32,000 bases of DNA, from positions 867,329-899,328 of the forward strand of contig CAZKBG010000001.1 of the NCBI GenBank assembly GCA_964551375.1, written 5' to 3'. This document shows positions 8,941 through 17,403 of this stretch, piece after piece. The notes beneath the pieces were generated by a model, which had not been told where the DNA came from, made no database searches, and saw nothing but the letters and a program-made list of their open reading frames with translations. This DNA comes from an uncultured archaeon (GTDB lineage: Archaea; Iainarchaeota; Iainarchaeia; Iainarchaeales; JAAZKV01). Positions within the stretch are counted from its first letter, which is position 1. Every line of letters starts with the position of its first letter. The position numbers were made by a program, and so were the translations under genes.

Positions 8941-9729
8941 CTACTTAATAAATGCAACAGCCGAGTAACCCACTACATGGCTCTTATCGCCCGCGGTATC
9001 TCCTGAATTTTTATAATCCAAAAGAACTGGTTTCCAATTGTTCTTTTTTGCAAGCATTATCACTGCGGCGATTCCAGTTTTTCCGCACGCATCCCCGATT
9101 TGTAAAAACTTTTTCAAATCAAGAGAAAGAATTGAATTAATTGTTTTATTATCAACTTTTTTTGCAAGAGGATAAGACAAATAATGGCTCAAATCAGAAC
9201 TTGCAATTATTACTGAATTATCATTTGAAAGCTCAACGCATGTTTCTGCAATCAAATCAGGGGCATTAATTCCATAAATTATTGGAATGAACTCAAAAAT
9301 TGAATCTGAAAAAACTTTTTGAATGAAAGGAAGCTGAACTTCAAGAGAATGCTCGTTATCATTTTCAACAACAGAGAGCCCTGATTTATGGATTTTAGTT
9401 TTACCAATAGGAGTGGCCCACTCGCCTTCAAATGAATAAATTCCGTCAATATAATCATGATGCGCGGGGCCCAAGAGAATAATTCTTTTTGAATCGGAAC
9501 TCGAATTTTTTTTAATATGGGATTTTAGAGTATTATACGCAAATGCGGCAACTTCCCCTGAATAAACATACCCTGCGTGCGGAACAATAAGCGCCTTTAA
9601 CTCCCCATTGATTTTTTTTTGCTTTGAACTAGAAAGCATTTTATCAATTAAATCCGAAAGCTCCTTTTTATTTGCGGGGTAAAAAGAGCCCGCGTACTTT
9701 GGAGTTCTTATTTTGATGCTTTCTTTCAT
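8941..9729 (-). CDS. MEMO1 family protein
   Basis: YAGSFYPANKKEL, ALIVPHAGYVYSG, RIILLGPAHHDY, ATPIGKTKI, EHSLEVQLPFIQ. Confidence 0.94.
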   Translation of the reverse strand: MKESIKIRTPKYAGSFYPANKKELSDLIDKMLSSSKQKKINGELKALIVPHAGYVYSGEVAAFAYNTLKSHIKKNSSSDSKRIILLGPAHHDYIDGIYSFEGEWATPIGKTKIHKSGLSVVENDNEHSLEVQLPFIQKVFSDSIFEFIPIIYGINAPDLIAETCVELSNDNSVIIASSDLSHYLSYPLAKKVDNKTINSILSLDLKKFLQIGDACGKTGIAAVIMLAKKNNWKPVLLDYKNSGDTAGDKSHVVGYSAVAFIK

Positions 9730-9769
9730 AAAAAATCAACTTAAAAAATTAATTTGCGTTAAATGGAGT

Positions 9770-10849
9770 TTAAACAAAAACTCCTTTAATTTTTTCGCCG
9801 CAATTAATGCACTTGTCGTTATTCATTCCTATTACTTTTGACTTAAATCCCTCGCGCTCAATCAAAAGCGAATTGCACTTAGTGCAAAATGTGCTTTCAT
9901 TCTTAGAATTATGCACATTTCCGGAATAAACAAAATTAAGCCCTGCTTCTTTTCCAATCCTAACAGCATTTTCAATAGATTCTTTTGAAGTCGGAGGAGT
10001 GCTTTTCATTTTATGCATCGGGAAAAAAGCGGACAAGTGCCAGGGGATATTTTTATCAACACTAAAAATAAATTCAGCCATTTGTTTAATTTCGGAATCA
10101 GAATCATTTTGATTTGGAATAAGAAGGGTGGTTAATTCAACCCAAACTCCCGCTTTGTGAAATAATTTAATGCTGTCAAGCACTCCTTCAAGAGAGGCTC
10201 CGCAGGTTTTTTTATAAAACTCATTATCAAAACTTTTTAAATCAATATTAATCGCATCAAGAAGAGATTTTCCCTTAACGAGGGCATTAATCTGCTCAAC
10301 GCTTTCATAACCGTTGCTCACATAAACAGTCCCAAGAGAGTATCCTTTCTTTTTCGCTTCCAAAAAAACATCCAAATTATACTCCACTGTGATTGCTGGC
10401 TCGTTATAAGTAATCGCAACGCTTTTTGCGCCTTCTTTTTTTGCAAAATCAACAAACTTATCAGGGGCGACTTCATTTAACAGCTCGCTGTCCTTCTCCG
10501 CGGAAGAACCTCGAACAAAACTAATGTCAAAATTTTGGCAAAAGTCGCACTTAAAATTGCAACCGAAAAAACCAATGCTCATTGTCTTTGAAGAAGGCAA
10601 ATAGTGAAACAAAGGCTTCTTTTCAATCGGATCAAGATTCATAGAGCATGGCTTTGCATAAACTACTAACTTGATTTTTCCATTTTCGTTCTTTCGAACT
10701 CCGCACATCCCAAAACTTCCCTTTGGAATTATGCAGTAATGCCTGCAAGCAAGGCACTTAATGCTTGAAATCGAATTCTTGGCTGAAAAAATCATAAAAA
10801 TAAAATGCATTTTATAGTATAATATTGTTATGAGAGAGAAATATAACAA
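9770..10849 (-). CDS. AmmeMemoRadiSam-system radical SAM enzyme; likely start near 10795 (MIFSAKNSISSIKCLACRHYC)
   Basis: KCLACRHYCIIPKGSFGMCGVRKN, GFFGCNFKCDFCQNFDIS (CxxxCxxC), TYNEPAITVEYNLD, C-terminal CTKCN..CINCG. Adjacent AMMECR1 and MEMO genes. Confidence 0.93.
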   Translation of the reverse strand: MLYFSLITILYYKMHFIFMIFSAKNSISSIKCLACRHYCIIPKGSFGMCGVRKNENGKIKLVVYAKPCSMNLDPIEKKPLFHYLPSSKTMSIGFFGCNFKCDFCQNFDISFVRGSSAEKDSELLNEVAPDKFVDFAKKEGAKSVAITYNEPAITVEYNLDVFLEAKKKGYSLGTVYVSNGYESVEQINALVKGKSLLDAINIDLKSFDNEFYKKTCGASLEGVLDSIKLFHKAGVWVELTTLLIPNQNDSDSEIKQMAEFIFSVDKNIPWHLSAFFPMHKMKSTPPTSKESIENAVRIGKEAGLNFVYSGNVHNSKNESTFCTKCNSLLIEREGFKSKVIGMNNDKCINCGEKIKGVFV

Positions 10850-10907
10850 AAAATGATAAAAAATTCAGGCGCGGTGTAATGCACAGACTGAATTTTTTAA
10901 AAATTAT

Positions 10908-11183
10908 TTACTTTTCCCAAGGGGAGCGTTCATTAGTCTCTGAAATAACTCTTGAGCGTGCCATTTCGGACTGTACTTTTCTAAGTTTTGCCTTCATATC
11001 GGAAAGACGATAATTCATCTCTTCAATTTCGGCTTTAATATCAGCTTCATAATTACTGTCAGCCAAATTAAGCTTCTTTCTCCTGTCCAAATTCTTCTGC
11101 AGACTGTCTCTAAGCCTTACAGCCTTCTCGTACTCGTACTTTAAATCTTCCATTTCAGCAATACTTGCGCTCATACACCACAC
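10908..11183 (-). CDS. Small coiled-coil hypothetical protein
   Basis: Highly charged heptad-like YEKAVRLRDSLQKNLDRRKKLNLADSNYEADIKAEIEEMNYRLSDMKAKLRKVQ. Confidence 0.55.
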   Translation of the reverse strand: MWCMSASIAEMEDLKYEYEKAVRLRDSLQKNLDRRKKLNLADSNYEADIKAEIEEMNYRLSDMKAKLRKVQSEMARSRVISETNERSPWEK

Positions 11184-11302
11184 CCTGTATTATTGATACG
11201 GCTAAACTCTTTAAAAAACATAATACTAAGGCAAAATTTGCTCCTTTTTAGCCCAAATTAAATAAACACCTTTAAATATAACAAAAGTCCATAGAGTAAC
11301 TA

Positions 11303-13558
11303 TTGATGGGCATGAAAATTAATCGAGTTTTTGCAGTAGCGCTAATAATGTTTTTAATTTCCGCGGCAGTTTTTGCTCCCGGAACTGATTCTAATACCCA
11401 GACTTCAATTTACATGCCTGAAAGGGTTTGTACAGCTGATTACAATCCCGTGTGCGGAATGGTAAAAACATTCGCCTGCCCTGAATGCACAGGAGATGCA
11501 TGCGGCGGATGCGTTTCATCTTATGATTACAAAACTTACTCAAACAAATGCATGCTTGAAGCAGCAGGCGCAGAAATGATATCCTCTGGAGAATGCCTTA
11601 CTTGCACTCCTGAAGGACAGTCAGTTCCTGTTTATCCAGGCGCAAGATGCTGCGCAGGACTCACTGCAATACCTCCAACTAAACTAAACTCAGTGGGGGA
11701 TTATGAAGTTGACAGAATGATTGTAGGCACAGGCGGGATATGCTCAAAATGCGGAAACGGGGTGTGCGAAGCATGGGAAAACAAAGCAAACTGCCCAAAA
11801 GACTGCCTAGTTTCTGATGTTAATTATATTAAAGAAACAGTAAAATGCGTGTTCAACGGAAATGTTGAAGGTAAAAATCAAAAATGCTACCAAGCTCTTA
11901 ATACAGCGGCTGAATACGAAAACGGATGCTACGGAATAAACGACTGCACAGCTGCAATCGGAGGCACAATCGGCACTTCACAGCTTTGGAAAAGCTCATG
12001 CCTTGGAGAAGCAAAAGTAGTTCTTGACGGGAAAGGACAGGAAATTGAATTTAATTGTAAAACAAATGCATGCGTGTGCACAATGGAATATATGCCTGTG
12101 TGCGGGATAAACGGAGTAACTTACGGAAACAAATGCGGAGCAGCATGCGAAAATATTGAAATAGCTTATGTTGGCGAATGCAAACAAGCTCCATGCGCAT
12201 GCACAAAAGAATATGCTCCAGTATGCGGAAAAAATGGAGTAACTTACGGAAACAAATGCATGGCAGCATGCGAACATGTTGCAATAGCTTACACCGGCGA
12301 ATGCAAAAATGAATGCGCTGAAGATAAAGATTGCATGGAATCAAGCTGTCCTGACGGAAGCAGAATACATCAGACTTGCGAAGTTGGAAGATGCATTTGG
12401 AAAGCAAAATGCGCACAGTCTCAAAGCGATTTTTACAAATCAGCATTCTGGAAATGCTCAAACGGAAAAGAATTCAGCCAAGTTGGAGAAAAATGCCTTC
12501 CTTACGCTGAATGGAAAAATATTGCAAGATTATCATGCGAAAAACTTACTCCTAAATGCGCGGGCGGAAGCACCGGCGGAGGAAGCGGGTCGGTTATGCC
12601 AAGCGAAACAAACTCGGTTTCAACAACATCAAACTTTGTAGCAATTGTTGCAGTGGATGGCAATGCTGTTAGTTCAAACAGTATCACAACAAGCAACACA
12701 ATTAATGACATTGAAGCAATAGAGCCAATTTCAACTACAATAGAACCGGTTGAGCCAGTTGCAATGCCTCCTTTTATTGACAATAAATGCATAGGCGCAG
12801 AAGCTGTGACTTTAGTTGACTTGCAGGTAAAAGAACAATGCGAAGTAGGATGCAAATATTATGTTAATGCAGACGGATGCAAAATAAAAGACTGCGGAGC
12901 AAGGGGAATTGAAAACAGCTGCGTTGCACAAGCATGCAAAGAACAGCCAATTGAAGATATTAAAAATTTAAAAGAAAAATGCTACGCAAATAACTGGAAA
13001 GTAGTTATAAAATACGATGGCAAATGCCCAACTTACCTATGCCTTGATCCAAATGATGCTAACTCAATACAGCAAAACTGCAAAAAGCCGGAAGACTTAA
13101 GCGATAATGAAGAAAGATGCTCTAATTTGGGCGGAAAGTTCCTAACAAAAACAAACGAATTCGGATGCATAACAATTGCAGAATGCGTTGGAGTAAAACC
13201 AACAGTTGAAACAAACACAACAACTACAATCAACAAAGCAGTTTTGACTGACTCTGGAAAATTACTTGAACTTGCGCTAAAACTTGAAAGCCTAAGAATT
13301 GACCTAAAAGCAACTGCTGCAAAAATAAAATCAATCGCAAATTATTACAGAGAACAAAACGAGCTTGAACAGGCCGCAAAGTTTGACAAAGCGGCTGAAC
13401 TGCTAAACAGCGCGGTTGTCAAAGTTGATTCAATCAAACAGGGAATAAAAGATAATATTAATAATTTCAGCGAAGAAGACGCAATCAGCGTAAGAGAAGG
13501 AATAAAAGAAATAAGAGAGAATATACTAAAAGAAGTAATAATCACAATTTTAGGGTGA
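11303..13558 (+). CDS. Secreted, cysteine-rich protein with three Kazal-type (protease-inhibitor-like) modules and a C-terminal helical region
   Basis: N-terminal signal (VFAVALIMFLISAAVFA); CTMEYMPVCGINGVTYGNKCGAACENIEIAYVGEC and CTKEYAPVCGKNGVTYGNKCMAACEHVAIAYTGEC; upstream TTTAAATATAA promoter-like element. Confidence 0.88.
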   Translation: MMGMKINRVFAVALIMFLISAAVFAPGTDSNTQTSIYMPERVCTADYNPVCGMVKTFACPECTGDACGGCVSSYDYKTYSNKCMLEAAGAEMISSGECLTCTPEGQSVPVYPGARCCAGLTAIPPTKLNSVGDYEVDRMIVGTGGICSKCGNGVCEAWENKANCPKDCLVSDVNYIKETVKCVFNGNVEGKNQKCYQALNTAAEYENGCYGINDCTAAIGGTIGTSQLWKSSCLGEAKVVLDGKGQEIEFNCKTNACVCTMEYMPVCGINGVTYGNKCGAACENIEIAYVGECKQAPCACTKEYAPVCGKNGVTYGNKCMAACEHVAIAYTGECKNECAEDKDCMESSCPDGSRIHQTCEVGRCIWKAKCAQSQSDFYKSAFWKCSNGKEFSQVGEKCLPYAEWKNIARLSCEKLTPKCAGGSTGGGSGSVMPSETNSVSTTSNFVAIVAVDGNAVSSNSITTSNTINDIEAIEPISTTIEPVEPVAMPPFIDNKCIGAEAVTLVDLQVKEQCEVGCKYYVNADGCKIKDCGARGIENSCVAQACKEQPIEDIKNLKEKCYANNWKVVIKYDGKCPTYLCLDPNDANSIQQNCKKPEDLSDNEERCSNLGGKFLTKTNEFGCITIAECVGVKPTVETNTTTTINKAVLTDSGKLLELALKLESLRIDLKATAAKIKSIANYYREQNELEQAAKFDKAAELLNSAVVKVDSIKQGIKDNINNFSEEDAISVREGIKEIRENILKEVIITILG
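12071..12304 (+). repeat. Tandem duplicated Kazal-coding units (12071-12181 and 12194-12304, 111 bp each, 123-bp period)
   Basis: Near-identical blocks: GTAACTTACGGAAACAAATGC..GCAGCATGCGAA... Confidence 0.85.
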
Positions 13559-13563
13559 AATGA

Positions 13564-13800
13564 ATGAAAAATAAAATAATTGCAATAGTTGCCGCAGTAA
13601 TCATAGTTGTTGTCATAGCTGCAGGAATACTAATCGGACTATCTATGATGAATAACACCCCAAGCGGCGGAGACACAAGCGCAAAACTTACTTCAGAAGG
13701 CGATGTGAGCAGAACAATTGACGATGTGGGCTCTGATATTTCAGGAATATCAGGCACCTTAGATCAAATAGATTCAACGTTTTCAGACTCCAATGCTTAA
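13564..13800 (+). CDS. Small single-TM protein
   Basis: MKNKIIAIVAAVIIVVVIAAGILIGLSM then a Ser/Gly/Asp-rich tail. Immediately follows the Kazal gene, with its own GGTGAAATGA leader. Confidence 0.6.
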   Translation: MKNKIIAIVAAVIIVVVIAAGILIGLSMMNNTPSGGDTSAKLTSEGDVSRTIDDVGSDISGISGTLDQIDSTFSDSNA

Positions 13801-13832
13801 ACTAATAAAGCATTCGAGGAGCCTATTTTCTT

Positions 13833-14726
13833 ATGAGAAGCACATACTTTCCAAAAGAGTTTTTGGACAAATACTCAAAACTATTGGGCTCTGAATGGGA
13901 CTTATTCTTTGAAACAATAAAACAAAAACAGCCAAAATCATTCTGGGTGAATTCAAACAAAGCAACCGTTGAACAGGTAATTGAATCGCTAACTAAAAAA
14001 GGAATCAAAACAACCCCTCTTTTATTTCACCCCCAAGCATTTGGAATTGAATACTCCGAGCCCGGAAAACTTGAAGAATACGAAAAAGGATGGATAAGTG
14101 TTCAGGAAAAAGCGAGCATGATGCCCGCAGTTGCGCTCAATCCAACAAAAAATGACACAGTTCTTGACGCATGCGCCGCGCCTGGAATGAAGACAATCCA
14201 ATTAAGCAATTTGGCTCAAAAAGTGCTTGCAACTGATCTTCACACAAAAAGACTTACAATTTTAAACAAATCAAAGGCAATGTTCGGGCTTGAAAATGTT
14301 GGAACTAAAAGAATTGATTTTAGAAATCTAAAAAGAAACAAAAGATTTGACAAAATACTTCTTGATGCGCCATGCTCAAGCGAAGGACTTGTGAGAAAAA
14401 AAAGAGAAGCGCTAATTGACTGGTCGCAAAAACTTGTAATTAAAAAAGCGGAAGAGCAAAAACACTTAATTGTAAGAGCGTTTGATTATCTAAAAGACGG
14501 CGGAGAAATGGTTTACTCCACATGCTCATTTTCCCCTGAAGAGAATGAAGAAGTTGTAATGCAGCTCTTGCGGCAGAGAAAAAACGCAATAGTTGAGAAA
14601 GTGAATTTAGAAGGAGTAAAAATCCGCAAAAATGAAATCTGCGAAAACTGCGTAAGACTTTACCCTCAGGACAACAACACACAGCAGTTCTTTTTTGCCA
14701 AAATAAAAAAAATTCCCAAAGCTTAA
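13833..14726 (+). CDS. NOL1/NOP2/Sun (NSUN)-family RNA m5C methyltransferase
   Basis: VLDACAAPGMKTIQLSNLAQ, ILLDAPCSSEGLVRKKRE, GGEMVYSTCSFSPEENEEVV. Confidence 0.93.
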   Translation: MRSTYFPKEFLDKYSKLLGSEWDLFFETIKQKQPKSFWVNSNKATVEQVIESLTKKGIKTTPLLFHPQAFGIEYSEPGKLEEYEKGWISVQEKASMMPAVALNPTKNDTVLDACAAPGMKTIQLSNLAQKVLATDLHTKRLTILNKSKAMFGLENVGTKRIDFRNLKRNKRFDKILLDAPCSSEGLVRKKREALIDWSQKLVIKKAEEQKHLIVRAFDYLKDGGEMVYSTCSFSPEENEEVVMQLLRQRKNAIVEKVNLEGVKIRKNEICENCVRLYPQDNNTQQFFFAKIKKIPKA

Positions 14727-14743
14727 ATGAGGCAAAATTATTT

Positions 14744-15409
14744 TTAATGCTTTTTCAAAACTATCTTTTTTCTTTTTAAAAATGACTTCACTCTTGAAGG
14801 GCTTCTGATTGAAAAAATACTTGCTCCCCGTTCCTTTGATTTCACAGCTTCAAGAAACTCAATCGCTTCGCTCTTTGAAACAGTGTGCCCAAGAATCCTT
14901 GAAGCATAAGAAGCAAAATCCTTTACTGAAAGCGCGCTTATTTCCTTGTATGTTGCCAAAATATTTTGTTTGGCTTTGAGGCGGATTGAAAGAATCTGCG
15001 CAAGCGGGCCTCCAATTGCGCGGACGCACGCGCCCGCATGCTGTCCATAATATCTAATCTTAACATTTTTAGCAAGACTTTTTCTGGAAAGCCACCGCTC
15101 AATCTCAAGCCCCTGCTGAAGCGAATTGCCCGCCCAGTCGGAGTATCCTATTCCCTGCATCTTTAATTCTTGAAAAGCGCGCTCAAACTTATTGATAAAA
15201 GGAACTGCTTCGCGCTCGTACTCCTCCATGTTGTGCTCCACCATGTGCAGAACAACAAAAACAGTGTCGCGGGTTTTAAGCCCCTGTTCCATATTTCTTA
15301 TCCACTGATTGCACTTTCGCTGACCGTTAGGAGTTTTTAATTCAAAACCCAATCCAAAAAAAGGATACACGATAATGTCAATATTTTTTATTTTAACAGG
15401 AGTGTTCAT
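14744..15409 (-). CDS. Conserved-looking hypothetical protein, no family recognised
   Basis: Single long minus-strand ORF with normal codon usage. Convergent with the NSUN gene. Confidence 0.6.
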   Translation of the reverse strand: MNTPVKIKNIDIIVYPFFGLGFELKTPNGQRKCNQWIRNMEQGLKTRDTVFVVLHMVEHNMEEYEREAVPFINKFERAFQELKMQGIGYSDWAGNSLQQGLEIERWLSRKSLAKNVKIRYYGQHAGACVRAIGGPLAQILSIRLKAKQNILATYKEISALSVKDFASYASRILGHTVSKSEAIEFLEAVKSKERGASIFSIRSPSRVKSFLKRKKIVLKKH

Positions 15410-15471
15410 TAACTAAACTTGATTTTTGGAGAATAAAATTATTTGCAAAAGCCGGCAGGCAGTTTGGAATG

Positions 15472-15915
15472 CTATTTTAACAAGAGCCTTATGTATCTAT
15501 CGTTAATTCCAAGGACTTTATGAACGCCCCTTTCTTTAGCAATTGCTGATTTTAACGCGCCAAGTCTTTTTGCTTCGTCAGCTCTAAGAGCCCTTTTTTC
15601 CTTCTCTCCAAGCAAAGTAATTGCCTGACTGATATTAGTAGTTGCATTAACAAGCCTTCTTACTCCCGCGTCAGTTTCTGCCCTTTTTGAAGGAAAACCA
15701 TATTTAGTTACAAGTCTCTCTTGAGCAGCGTTTAATGCAAGAGTTATCGCTCCAATTTGAATTCCCCTCGGAGCCTTTTCAATAGGAATAAGTCCTGGAA
15801 CAGGGCGCTTGATTTTTGCCCTTGCCGCGCTTAATTCCCTAATTGGGGCTATTGGATCCTTTTTTTTTGGCTTAAGAACTCCACCAACTGTAAACAGTTT
15901 TCCTGCTGGTTTCAT
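15472..15915 (-). CDS. Basic hypothetical protein
   Basis: ORF track; Lys/Arg/Ala-rich, no diagnostic motif. Confidence 0.5.
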   Translation of the reverse strand: MKPAGKLFTVGGVLKPKKKDPIAPIRELSAARAKIKRPVPGLIPIEKAPRGIQIGAITLALNAAQERLVTKYGFPSKRAETDAGVRRLVNATTNISQAITLLGEKEKRALRADEAKRLGALKSAIAKERGVHKVLGINDRYIRLLLK

Positions 15916-16073
15916 GAAAAAGTTATGCTTCCGATGAATAAAAAGCTATCATGGGGGCAGGGGGGGTTTTGGATTAATCAAGTATTCCTGAGTATTTTTA
16001 GTGATTTAGTTTAGAAGTTAGAGGCTATAAGTTGTATTTTGTTATTTTTTTTAAGGTGTTTTTCAGGGGATTA

Positions 16074-16198
16074 TTTAAGGTATTATTTCCGCGCAATTTA
16101 ATTTGCCAATTCCATTAGGCGAAAGGAATACGCTGACATCCTTTCTTCGAAAGGATTAGAGAATTATTAAAAAGGTTTTAAGGTATTATTTCCGCGCA
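16074..16198. repeat. 22-bp direct repeat (TTTAAGGTATTATTTCCGCGCA) at 16074-16095 and 16177-16198, bracketing an 81-bp hairpin-containing segment
   Basis: Exact match read in sequence. Second copy encodes the last residues and stop (CAEIIP*) of the adjacent radical SAM gene. Internal perfect hairpin ATCCTTTC-TTC-GAAAGGAT at 16138-16156. Confidence 0.85.
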
Positions 16199-17335
16199 GT
16201 TATATTTTAAAAACTGCAAATCTTTTTTCTTAATTTTCCCTTCTTTAATCCCTTTTTCAACAATCGGCTGAATGCGCTTCATTTCTTTAATTAAATGATT
16301 AATTGAAGCGCAGACTTCATTTATTCCTTTTTTTGGCCAAACGGGGTGAAGATTTGAATAAAGGCATCTTCCGCCGCACAATTCAAAATCGCCGCAAGAA
16401 ATACACGGCTCTTTCACAGTAAGTTTGAAAGGCAACTCACTCGGGTGCGCAGTTTTAATATCTCCAAGATAATTTTCCTTAATTCCTGACATTATCGGAC
16501 AGACAGAAATCTTTCCATTAGGAAGAATTGTGAAATTTCCAATTCCTGAACCGCAACGCAAATGGTACTCGGTTTTGTTAATCAAAGAATCCATTATTCC
16601 CATAAAAGGATAAAGCCTTAGCACATTTCCTTTCAAAAGTTCTCCAGCCCAAAAATCCGCAAGCTTTGAAATGTCCCTATTGTAAGACTTAACCCATTGT
16701 GAAAAATTTCTCTTTTCATAATCGTGCCACATATTTGCGTCAAGCTGCCAGTGAACAGAAGTGAATCTAAAAGAGTCTTTTTCTTTTGGAGAAATCAAAT
16801 CCATAATATCCTTGTAAAAATCAGTGGGCTCTTCAACAGCCATTCTTGCGATAACTTCCCCATTAAAACCGTTCTTAATCAATCGATTAAGATTTTTATT
16901 TACTTTCTCAAAAACCCCTTCTCCTCTGTTGGAGTTAGTGGTTTCTTTTCCGCCGTCAATTGAAACAAGAATGGTGTGAAACTTGTTCGCATATTTTTTT
17001 GGAAGAGAATCAAGAAGAACGCCGTTAGTCTGAATCAAAAAATTATCCACAGTTTTGTACTTTGCCTGCGAATCCATGACTTTTTTGATGAACTCAACAT
17101 TCATTAGCGGCTCTCCGCCGTAGAAAATCAGCGAAATTGGATTATCTTTGTCGCGCTTTAAGAAATCATTAAGCTCTTGCGGTGAATACTGGGGTGAATG
17201 AGGCACTGCTTCAAATTCGAGTTTTGAATCTGGCTCGTCAAAAGCCTTTCCGCAGCAATACTCGCAGCACAAATTGCATTCAGGAGTTGTAATCACATGG
17301 TAAATCATAAAATCACACACATTTTGGCTAAGCAA
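16178..17335 (-). CDS. Radical SAM/SPASM protein, probable peptide-modifying type (resembles the archaeal AF1577-like group); likely start near 17308
   Basis: MIYHVITTPECNLCCEYCCG (CxxxCxxC), ISLIFYGGEPLMN, CGSGIGNFTILPNGKISVCPI...CISCGDFELCGGRC (SPASM-like Cys), VHWQLDANMW. Confidence 0.85.
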   Translation of the reverse strand: MLSQNVCDFMIYHVITTPECNLCCEYCCGKAFDEPDSKLEFEAVPHSPQYSPQELNDFLKRDKDNPISLIFYGGEPLMNVEFIKKVMDSQAKYKTVDNFLIQTNGVLLDSLPKKYANKFHTILVSIDGGKETTNSNRGEGVFEKVNKNLNRLIKNGFNGEVIARMAVEEPTDFYKDIMDLISPKEKDSFRFTSVHWQLDANMWHDYEKRNFSQWVKSYNRDISKLADFWAGELLKGNVLRLYPFMGIMDSLINKTEYHLRCGSGIGNFTILPNGKISVCPIMSGIKENYLGDIKTAHPSELPFKLTVKEPCISCGDFELCGGRCLYSNLHPVWPKKGINEVCASINHLIKEMKRIQPIVEKGIKEGKIKKKDLQFLKYNCAEIIP

Positions 17336-17403
17336 TATTTTGAATAAGAAAAAAATGAATGCAAATAATTAAAAGTATCATGCTTGGGGCAGATGCTTAA
17401 AAT

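Noticed and set aside
11996-13545. Minus-strand Cys/Phe-rich ORFs antisense to the Kazal gene (11996-12277, 12051-12461, 12502-12855)
   Set aside because: Repetitive appearance is simply the complement of the duplicated Kazal units. No start signals supporting expression.
15945-15975. G-rich run (GGGGGCAGGGGGGGTTTTGG), possible G-quadruplex
   Set aside because: Only three G-runs of unequal length and no gene context linking it to regulation. A fourth short GG is insufficient to claim a quadruplex.
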